From positions 13,839,175-13,903,174 of the forward strand of contig MU056000.1 of the NCBI GenBank assembly GCA_013239625.1: a stretch of DNA of 64,000 bases, in the 5' to 3' direction. The stretch is from Lama guanicoe (taxonomy: Eukaryota). The position numbers and the translations under genes are program-made. Below the pieces are notes generated by a model, which saw only the letters and a program-made list of their open reading frames with translations, made no database searches and was not told where the DNA came from. Positions 54,130 through 64,000 of this stretch are shown here, one piece after another. The stretch's first letter is position 1. Every line of letters begins with the position of its first letter.

Positions 54130-54760
54130 AGCAACACTGAAAGAAGTCTGTCCCTGACCTCAAGTTTTCCTCCTTTTGCCTACCTTTTTGGAACATCTCT
54201 TCCACCCTTCACAGCATTTTAAAATTCCATTATTATTTATTTTGAAATGCACCTCCTCCTATCATTGTTTTTATTAAAGTTATTCATGCATCTCTGATTT
54301 CTCTTCTCCCCGCACTGACATTGCTGTCAGGATTAATTTCCAAGATGTGGACTTAGCACAAAGCCTCTTTGTGATCTCTCTCCAGCTTCTCTCTCCAACC
54401 TCATTATTTGCCATTCCCACACAGGCAAACTGAGCTCCTTGTGTACACAACAAACTTCAGTTATCTTCTCTATTCTTCACCTGTCTAATCCTTAACCTGG
54501 ATTTTGAGCCTCAATTCAATCTTTCTCAACTCATTCTCTCTAGAAGATGTTGGGCACACCTGTTCACTACACATTTTATCAGACCTTTATCACCCTTATC
54601 AAAGGATGCAAATTTTTTTTGATCTCTTCACTAGACTTCAAGCTGCTCTTTGTATGTGTATGTGTGTGCCTGTGCTTAATGTCTTTATCACAAAGACTAT
54701 TGTAATATTTGCATATGATAGGTGCTTTAAATATCACTTTGAAAAATAAATGTATTTCCC
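54130..54760 (+). mobile_element. L2 fragment
   Basis: CT-rich sense L2-like sequence (cttagcacaaagcctctttgtgatct...ctccaacctcatt). Confidence 0.55.
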
Positions 54761-55669
54761 ACCTCTTTTAATTAAAAAATACAGAATTCATCATTAATAC
54801 CAAGTTTTAGCCTTCAAAAGAAAGTCTTACCAATGTTTATCAAACATTTTCACAACAAACTCACAGCATGAAGTATTTTTACTCTCAAAGGTGTTGGCTC
54901 CTTTTGGTAAATGGCTGCATTTGTAAATAACCTTTATAATGCTAGCTTTCAATACAATTAGACAAATTTTACTTACTAAATGTCAAAAATGATATTAAAA
55001 TATGGCATTCTATGGAATAATAAAGCACCGTGGACTTTCTTCTGGTTGGATAAATAAGCATATCAACTCCCGCCTGCATCCCTTAATTAAAGATCAGTTT
55101 CCATCACTGGGTTTATGCATGTTATTTTGTACACTTTGCCTGTCCTGCCTCTTAGAAGCCACATGCAGCTCCTGCTCTCAGTGTGACAGAGGTGTTATCA
55201 ACTGACAGGGTACTCCCTCTGCTGCATTCACGGATGAAACAGAATTGTTTAATACACACATTTGTGCACAGAAAGTGGTTTCTCTCCATGCATGAGTGCT
55301 GCGGCCATTTTTTTAAAAACTTAAAAACAATCATGCTCACATAAAAGAAAATTGAACATTTCACAAATACTACATAGATACCTAGGAGCATATTTATCAT
55401 ATTAACTTTTGTCAAAATGGATGAGAACTAAAGAGAGTGAGAATAAGAACTTGATGGGGAAAAGCAGGCAGATTTGTTAAGGACTTCAGACTTTCTAGGG
55501 CCTTAGGATTACCCAAGGGTATAAACACAAGGCAACTAAAGAGTTTTAAACATTACATAGTTCTTTCATTTTGTCATAACTGAGACAAAAAAATAAAATA
55601 AAACTCCCTTCTCATTACGCAAGGAAAGGTTTAATTACATCTGCGCATACGACAGTAATAAAATATTAG

Positions 55670-55890
55670 TGATCACTTACTGACTATGTGAAGCACTTTC
55701 TGCCAATCTAATTTAATTCTCCCAACATATTTATGCAGCATTATTATCCCCTGTTCATATATTCAATCCTGAGATTCAGCAAGGTTGAATGACTGTGTAA
55801 GACCCCACAACTAGTAAACCAAGCCACTGGAAATCTCACATCAGTCTTCCTGCCTTCAGAGGTGATTCTCTAAGAAACACTCCACACTAC
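55670..55890 (-). mobile_element. MIR SINE
   Basis: attattatcccctgttc...ctgagattcagcaaggttgaatgactgtgtaagaccccacaactagtaa. A second, weaker copy lies at about 55940-56110. Confidence 0.7.
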
Positions 55891-56452
55891 CTTGGACAAG
55901 TCTGCATTTATAGAGTCACTGCTGGATGCAGACCACTCAGCTTAGCACTTTAAGCTCATCACTGAGTCAGTCTCACAATGAATAACTCTGAGGGACCGAT
56001 ACTAGTGTTCTTCCTTCACAAATAAGGGTGATTTCCTAAAGGTTTGCAGCTACTGTGACCAGACAAGGATTCAGAGCCGAATGTTATTCCCAAACCTTCA
56101 TTTTAAAAACTGTATTTATACCCCTAATCATTAAGGTACCAAAGATTCTCTAGTCTGTGATTAAATATTTCTATAAAAAATTTTCCAGTCAATTACACTC
56201 CCATCTATTAAGTCGAATGGAAAAAAAAAATCTGTGTGGTCAACAATATACTCATGGAGATAGATAGCTACAGGTATTCTAAATTTGACAGAAACCCATC
56301 TGTTATTCACTCAGGTAAAGAATCAGTTAATATGATAATTGGATTATAGTCATAGGAAATAACATGGAAATTAAATATTATTTTATTCATTTTGAATTGC
56401 TGTGAGAAGCAATAAAATTGTTACAGGTCTAAAAGGTGAAAATATAACATAC

Positions 56453-56706
56453 CTCACTAAGCTATTAGCACTGTCAGGATCTTGTGCCAAAACTGTGCCA
56501 ACGACAGTCCCGATCTTGGCATTTTCATAGACTTCCATGACGTAGGAGGGCATGGAAAACAGTGGTGGCTCGTCTACATCCCCAACAATGATCTTCAGCA
56601 TGGTAGCATCTTTAAAAGGACCCAAGTGAGAAAAGCGAAAATCAAGATGTGTATTTGCTCCTTCTATGTTGAGGGTATATGATTTCTTTTTCTCATAGTT
56701 CAGCGG
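56453..56706 (-). CDS. CDH18: Cadherin-18 internal coding exon A (254 nt; end of EC3, EC3-EC4 linker, start of EC4)
   Basis: Acceptor ttttttccccacag|CCG and donor GTGAG|gtatgt. Translates PLNYEKKKSYTLNIEGANTHLDFRFSHLGPFKDATMLKIIVGDVDEPPLFSMPSYVMEVYENAKIGTVVGTVLAQDPDSANSLV+AG, with cadherin Ca2+ motifs LNYE, DVDEPP and AQDPD. Recognised as CDH18. Starts in phase 0, ends in phase 2. Confidence 0.97.
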
Positions 56707-59700
56707 CTGTGGGGAAAAAAATAAGATTTCCAATATTATGACTATTATCAGTTTTCAAACAAACATTTTCTTTTCCTTTTTTGAAACAAACAAACATGGA
56801 TGGGTTTAGGTCAATCTGTTTCCATTTATAAACAAACTATGAAGTTTGTCTTGACAATAACATTTAAAGCAGAAATCATGAAAATTCAAGTCTGAATCAA
56901 TTGTGATTTTTCAGAGCTATAAACAGGATGATAACTGGATACAAATGGATATTTCCCACAGGCAAGTAAATACTGCTTTTTGGAGACTCAATCCTAGTCT
57001 CTTCTAGTAACTTCTTTCTATCTCCTTCTCAACTTAAATTATTACTTTTTTAAAAAAAATATTTGCTACTAATTTGGTAAATTAAAAAAATACATTTTTT
57101 TACATTGAAACAATATATCGCATATCATTACTTTTTATGTATTATCATCTTATTTTTACCTTATTGATTTTGAACTTGATATCTTATTTTGAAATCTGAT
57201 AAATTTTTAAGTTTTCATTTCAGCAATATTTTCTAGAATTTTTAGTAAAAGATTTTATACAGACTTTAGAATTTTTTTCTGTGGTTTTAATTGTATTCAC
57301 TCTCTTTTTTTGCTGGTAATACCATTTCATGTATTTGTTTTTTTGTTCATTTCCTTTATTAGGATGCTTCGATCAATTTTATTTTTTTCTAGTGTTCCGT
57401 TTGTATGCCATTTACTTTTTAGCTTTGAGTCTTTATTAACGGCTTCTCATAAACTTTTTAATTTTCTTTCTCATTTTAAAAAATCATCTAGTCAACTTTT
57501 TTTTTTTCTGTTAATAATATGTCAGGAGTCGTGACTTTGGCTTAGTATACAATAATGAATGAAAATGAGGTCCAGTTGGTGTTTTGTCTCAGGGAATACA
57601 TATATAGGATATAAAAGAGTAAACAGACATTTATAGCCCTGTGTATCTAGTGCTATAAGGCAGTGTAGGTATTATGAAAATAACAGGGATATAAACTCAG
57701 ACACAGGAGCATATGAGCAGGTAGGCAGTACTTGTAAGAGGAAGAACCTTTTTTGGATCAGAACTCAAGGTTACAAAAGTGTAAAACGTGAGGCACATAA
57801 CAGGTTCTGTGACCCTAAATGAGCTTAGATTTAGAACCAACCATGTCAGAAGTCTCCATGGTGATGTTACGGCAGGTGATACAGAGATCAGCCTTTTATT
57901 TTGAGCCTAGGGAAACACCTATAGATAAACGCTTATGAGAAGAAATAATAGATTTCTTTTCCACCCCTATTTCTGTCACTGATTCTGCACTGGCCTGCTT
58001 CAGTCTTGCAGCCTTCTTTCTTGGCATAATCAGAGAATGATCATTCCCTATGGAGGAACTCATACATTTTCCTTTACCTTAGGGGCCAACGAGAAGCTGA
58101 TTAGAAAGAGTATTCTTAATGGGATTTTATAAACAGTAGATCAGTCCTACTGATGATTATTTCCCTATCTCTTCTGAATTGCTTTGGAAAATTGAACTTC
58201 CCAGAGATTGAACACAAGGAAAAACAACCATTTAATTTCCAAACCAGATAATAAGAATCTGGAACCAATAATATGTCTCAGGCGTCTGGATAAGACTAGG
58301 TCACTACAATAGTCTACAAGTGTTTGTAAGACAAAATAAGAATTCTGAGAATACTAAAAACTCAAATTCTTAAATATGAACCATCTATATAAAATATACA
58401 AATTTATATATGATAAAATATTATGTATTTTAGATGTATATATTTTAAAGAGGGGCTAACTGACCTGCAGCTTATGGCCTATCAGTTGGGAGTCATTTCC
58501 TTCCCAGGAAGTTTAAACTAGAAATGAATTTTAAAAGTAACTAGCACCCATCTTGTTTAGGGAATTGCATGACTTTTAGTTAGACCCATAGATTTATTAC
58601 ACTTTTTCTTTCCTTGATTCCTCTCTCCTTAACATAATATTCTGTCTTAGACTAATTCAATAAGTCTCCAAATTTAAATCACCTGACTTAGAAATGGTAC
58701 AGACTTGCTGCCTATCAAGAATAAGGTGCACGGCTATGGTCCCCCTGGCACAGAGGAGATGGACTATCAGAATCCTGGCATTTTGCTCATAGAAAGCATC
58801 ACCCTTGGGAGGTTTACTGCTTGTTTAAGGTCAATTTAATTCCTTAGACTCAACCTGCTGCATCTGGTCGACTATATAATGACTAAGGTTCATTAAGAGT
58901 CTTTCTGACTTTCAATAAAATTTGTGGAGATAATTTTTGCCACCTCTACCTCATCAGATATTATTATCAAGATGTGCATCCAATATGACAGTCTTCTCTT
59001 TTTCCGTTCTTTAGCAGGTCCCCTGGCAAGTTAGATAACATTTATCTTAACACTAACCTACCTCCTGATGAGGTATAAACTGTTTATGTGAATAAATGGT
59101 TCCGTGCTAATGATTATCTCATATATACTCAACTACCCCAAGACACAAATAATCATTTTGAAGGACTTTGTGAGGCCTGGCTGATGGATGGATAAGGACC
59201 CATCTAGAGTCATCAAACAATGAGAAGAGTATTTAAGTTTGGGACAGGAATTTAGAAGCAGATGAATTAATGTAAATGGAAACATTTTAACAACCACATT
59301 TATGAAGAAAACATGGCAGTGCTAAACTGTAAGTATAGAAAAACTGGGAGGAAATTACACTATTTATTCTTGGAGGTTGCAGGATTACATATACAATATA
59401 AAGTATGTCAATCCCTTGTTTTGTAGTAGAACTACAATAGTACATAGAAATTGGATTAGGAGTATAATTATATTTTTCCTATTAATATAAATCCTGGTAA
59501 AGCTGTCCAAATACTGATCATTCATACACTGTGGATAGATATTCCAGTAATTTCCTAGTAATCTCTTGTTCCTGGGAAACTAGTTAGAACTCTGTCTATG
59601 GGTTTCATTTTCCATAGTTACCAGCAGATTTTTTATTACCTAAAAACAGCCAATGAAAAACAGTATGTCAAAAACAGTGAAATTTATTCATTTAATACCT

Positions 59701-60569
59701 GGTTTTTATGAAAAGATAGTGGAGGGAAAAAACATTAAAAGAGAAAAAAAGAAAATTTACTCAGGCTATTAACATACTACAGAAAGCAAAAACATGAAAT
59801 GTCTAGCTGAGAGTTTATGAAACACAAAACATACCCTTTCCCACTTTCAAAACAAAACAAAACAAAAATGGATACAAAATAAGTCCATAAATGTGAGGCA
59901 TGGTGGGAACTTGCTAAGGGCGATTATACAGCCAGAGACTGTTTATGAGAATAAGAAAGACTTTTCCTGCTATACTATCTTAAAACTTCAACTGTCCATG
60001 CTTATAGCTCTTTTTGGCTGGATTCGGACAGTAATCATTTGAATGGAACAGATGATTAAAATATTCAAGCTGAAAAAAAATTGGGAAAAGAGTTCTTCCT
60101 TTTTGCTACTTGAAAACGCTTGGAAAGAATAAGATCCTGTCTTTCACAATGTTCACCGTTATTTTTGCCTCACTAAGATGTTTGGTGTGGGATGGGGTTT
60201 TATAATTTGAATCTAATTTATCCCATTTAACAAAATTTCAGAACTATGCCAAGTTTCTTTTTTCTTTTTTAATGTTTTTGAAAACTCCAAGTCTGGATTA
60301 TCAGTTCAGTATCTAATATGAAAAGCAGGTGACCCTAAAGCAATGGTGTTCTACTGGAGATTACTAATATAATATTAACATTTAGGGAGGAATATTCCAG
60401 AAACACTATCTGATTCATTTTTCATTTTCATAGAATGTGCCCTGGCTTTAATTCTCTGGACAAGTCTCAATTGTGACCCAAATTCTGAGAGTTACAAACA
60501 AAAACTGTTGTATCATTGATGCTCATTGTTAACCAATGCTATGATTATTGACATCAAATTTAGTAAATT

Positions 60570-60690
60570 AAAATTGTTTTTAATAGCATATGTGTCAATT
60601 ATAACATGAGATATACTTATACTAGGAATCTATCATTTATCTGAAATGAAAAATTAACTAGTTGTCCTGTATTTTACCTAGCAGTGCTAA
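60570..60690. mobile_element. MER53-like hAT MITE (one arm)
   Basis: gatatacttatactag...tttatctgaaatgaaaaattaactagttgtcctgtattttacctagca resembles the MER53 3' half. Confidence 0.65.
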
Positions 60691-61036
60691 CTAGCATACA
60701 ATCATGACAATCATTGTTGGTAATCAAATACACGAACAATATATAATCAACAGCAATATAACAGAGATATTTATTAGCAACTTCCAACTTCAAAAAAAAA
60801 AGGTTAGCTTTAATCATTTGAAATTCCTGTTATCAACAATGTATGACATACACTAAAGGTAATTTCATGATTCAGCTTAAGATATTTGTTGTTCTGACAT
60901 TGAACCATCTAAGCATTTCTGGAATAATTCAACTTGCTATGTGTTTTGTTTTACTGAGATGGTGCTTGGAATGGTTCCACAGGTATTCATAAATGAGATT
61001 TGTGTTGGTTTATTAGGTTTTTGTGTTAATGCCATT

Positions 61037-61220
61037 GCATTAGTTTCTAGGGGCTGTCATAACAAATTACCAAACACTGGGTGACTTGAAACAACAGAAA
61101 TGTATTCTCTTGCACTTCTGGTGACAAGTCTGAAATTTGGCAGAGCTGAGGGCCTATGGGGAATGTAATCTATTCCTCACCTCTTCCAACTTCCGCGGGT
61201 GCCCTGGCATGCCTGGGGAA
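61037..61220 (-). mobile_element. MaLR LTR fragment (MLT1B/C-like)
   Basis: tgcattagtttctaggggctgtcataacaaattaccaaacactgggtgacttgaaacaacagaaatgtattctct is an antisense MLT1 3' end. Confidence 0.85.
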
Positions 61221-61489
61221 GAAGCTACCCCAGCACTGTTGGGAATCCAGTTTGCATTCTCATTCAACCACCTGTGGGATAAAACTCTAGGCTTGGTGTT
61301 CAGAAATGCTTTGCAGCTGTGGGCCATAAATATGCCTTTCAGGGGAAACAGAAAATTTCAGGTAACTCATGTCACAACTATTTTGGTTAGATTGTGTATT
61401 CTCCAATGAAATAGTCCCTCATTTTAATGTTCCAAATTATTTGCCTATGATCTCCATACTTGAAGGTCAACGCAGTTGGATATAAAGGA

Positions 61490-61790
61490 TTTGACTCATA
61501 TTTACTTTCCTTAGTCTATGGTACGTATTGCTCCATGCGTGCTTAAAAGCAATCGCCCATGCAAAGTTTCCCCTGACCCTCCTCCATCTTTGAAAAATTG
61601 GCCCTCTTTTATCTGTGAACTCGTAACAATTTAAGTAAACCTATACCATTAGCATTTGACATCTTGTATTATAACAATGTATCATGTCTATTCAGTTTTC
61701 CCTAAGAGCAAGGATATTATCTAATTCATCTTCATATTTCAGGTACTTGGCATAATTCCTGGTACATAGTGAGTGATTAATAATCCTTCT
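61490..61790 (+). mobile_element. L2 3' end
   Basis: gagcaaggatattatctaattcatcttcatatttcaggtacttggcataattcctggtacatagt. Confidence 0.65.
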
Positions 61791-61909
61791 TCAATCTCAA
61801 ATAAAGCTGTGCTTAGAGAACAGAAAAGTGCTATTACATGGTTTACATTTGAAGGAGGGAAAGTGCTATGTTATTTCTAAAATATGAAATGAACACCTAT
61901 GTGTGAACT

Positions 61910-62112
61910 AAGCAATGAACATTTATCAACTCATTTGATAATCACAACTCCTGTGACTTGTAACTGTTCCCATTTACAAATGAAGAAACTAAGGAACAGA
62001 AAAGTTAAGAAGCTTATTCAGGGGCAACAGCTTGTAAGTGATATACTTGGGATTTGAACTCAGGCAGTAGGCCTCCGGAAGCTGTGCCCTGAGGCACTAT
62101 GACATTCTGCCT
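61910..62112 (-). mobile_element. MIR SINE
   Basis: cccatttacaaatgaagaaactaaggaacagaaaagttaagaagcttattcagggg...gggatttgaactcaggcagt. Confidence 0.85.
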
Positions 62113-64000
62113 GAAATCTAATCAGCATATAAATAATGTAATATAGCATTCCAATGTGACAACTCATAGTGAACAGATTTTTAGTGGAATGAAATGTCCT
62201 CACTATTACAGGGTATATTCATGCATCTTTCCATTTATAAAGACATTAAAAATGAACTATCAACTTCATGAATTATAACTTCATTAATTCTGGCTACCAA
62301 AACTCTTATAATTTCCTTAACTCACAGATTCACAAAGCTAAGAAACTAAGATGTTTTTCATGCAAAGTCCTCTACAGCCTCTGTCTCTGTTACAAGTTCT
62401 TATTCTGGTGTCAGTTTAACCACCCCAGGTAAGCTTCTCTTACTTGTGTTTGGTCACTGCTCAAGGTCCTCATGAAGCTCACTGACAGTGAGCTGACTCC
62501 AGTCTTCATCTCAAGTTTCAGTTTCTTAATTTTATCCCATTACTCTTAGTAATTACTTTTACATATCATTGCTCTTCCTAACTTAGAAAACCATACTTTT
62601 CTCTCTTTAATATTAACACATTTCTTATTATTGTAGATAAGTTATCATCTTTCCCATCAATCATTTTCTAGCCAGCTCTACATATTTGGAATTTTTTAAT
62701 TGTTTCTCATTAATCACTTGTACTACTCATTAAATCATACTAATATATTCCTTTGCTGGAACCAGATAACTGTCAGAAATAGATGGATACTGAAAACAGT
62801 ATTTAGTCAGATTGCTCTAGGATTCAATTCTTCTTGGAGTTCAAGAAGGTCATAAAATTTTATCTTCCTAAATAACAAGAAGAGACTCCACAGGACCTCT
62901 CCTTGATCCATTTTCTATTTTGTATCATTGTCCACATTGTTAGCTGTGGGAATGGGAAAATAATGGGACTGGTTGCAACATTATTTAATAGATGAAAAAA
63001 AAAGTCACTTCGATTATGCAAAAAATGGCCAAATCCTGAAATAGTGACTGACATTATTAATTTTTGTTTTCTGAGAAAAATTTCTATTTTAAATAATATC
63101 TTGCCCAACATAAGAACAATTGCTTGCATCTGAATACTGTTTCTTCAGCTAGGTTTTCTTATGCTATGATTTGTGGTCCTTGTCAGAAGCGTTTTCTGCA
63201 TGGTAGACGTTCTGTGAAGACTAGAACACACGTATGTACCTTATATTATAAATTCACTATATAGAAGAATGTATGACCCATTTAATGTGCATAATTCCGA
63301 GGTTATCAATACAAATAAATATTACATATTTGCTTCCTGTCAATGGAAGACTGGGAAAACACATGGAAATGTTTTATTTTAAATAACAAATGTACATATA
63401 TAATATATAAAGTATATTTATTTATTCCTTATTATTCTATTTATATACACTCATATACTAGCACATATATGTGCATTACATGTGTGGGTATTTCAATATG
63501 CCCACACTTATGAAAACTTATCTATAACTTATGGATGTGGATAGCTTAACTCAGTAGGTTGTTTCAACAGATCATTCATTTCCAATTATATTACACTGTA
63601 GGAATATGTGTTAAAAACTGTTAATGAATGCTCAAAGTAGTTTCAACAGATCTGTCACTCCATGGCCATACCTACAGATGAAGAGTAAGAGTAAAAGTTT
63701 CCCCAAAGCAGTTCTCCATCAGAGGTGTTCTAAATACAGTGATAGACTTCACTGAATTGAAAGTTGGACTTTCTCCTCTTCAGCTTCTGGCTGGGCAGGA
63801 GAACCACTTTCCAGATACTAGGATCTTACAAGAATAAAAACAGTAACCTGGTGGAGGTTTTTAATAATAAAATCCCTAATGAATGTTTAGTTTTTGTAAA
63901 TAACTCATTAGAATTAGAAATCTATTTCTTTTTATGTACAAAGTGTGCTCGTGTGCTTGCTTGTGTGTGCTTTTGCAATTGGCTGGAATGCCTTATTTTT

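Larger units (their letters stand above)
1..64000 (-). other. CDH18: Window is intragenic to CDH18 (partial gene; complete introns 41456-56452, 16112-41318, 4808-15989)
   Basis: The four exons splice into one continuous 631-nt reading frame with no start or stop codon, so upstream and downstream exons must lie beyond both window ends. Confidence 0.93.

Noticed and set aside
56383..56733. 116-aa ORF treated as a standalone gene
   Set aside because: It is CDH18 exon A plus intronic flanks; splice sites at 56706 and 56453 delimit the cadherin-like part.
58735..58760. CTCF-like ggtccccctggca
   Set aside because: Only a partial core match, as expected by chance in 64 kb.
1..64000. A novel multi-gene system, nested gene or horizontally acquired segment
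   Set aside because: All convincing coding signal belongs to CDH18 or decayed L1. Composition and repeat content fit an ordinary mammalian intron-rich locus.

Overview
This is AT-rich mammalian genomic DNA lying entirely inside one large gene on the minus strand: the type II classical cadherin CDH18 (cadherin-18). Four consecutive internal coding exons are recovered with GT-AG boundaries and compatible phases: 56453-56706 (254 nt), 41319-41455 (137 nt), 15990-16111 (122 nt) and 4690-4807 (118 nt). They encode the end of EC3, all of EC4 and the first half of EC5. The start, transmembrane and cytoplasmic exons lie outside the window. The three complete introns (about 15.0, 25.2 and 11.2 kb) are filled with old L1, L2, MIR, MaLR/ERVL LTRs and DNA transposons, two ERV1-type solo LTRs, one tRNA-derived SINE resembling camelid Vic-1, and a young L1 3' end with a clean target-site duplication. 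These point to a camelid genome (inference). Apart from the 56383-56733 ORF, which contains exon A, the ORF-track entries are chance ORFs, off-frame or antisense exon shadows, or decayed L1 ORF2. I found no evidence of a novel multi-gene system. The best leads are regulatory or splicing hypotheses: a potential poison exon inside a sense-oriented LTR, a cluster of CAGCTG E-boxes, an RFX/octamer motif cluster, and competing splice sites at two exons. Repeat family names come from recognition of consensus-like motifs, not from a database search.
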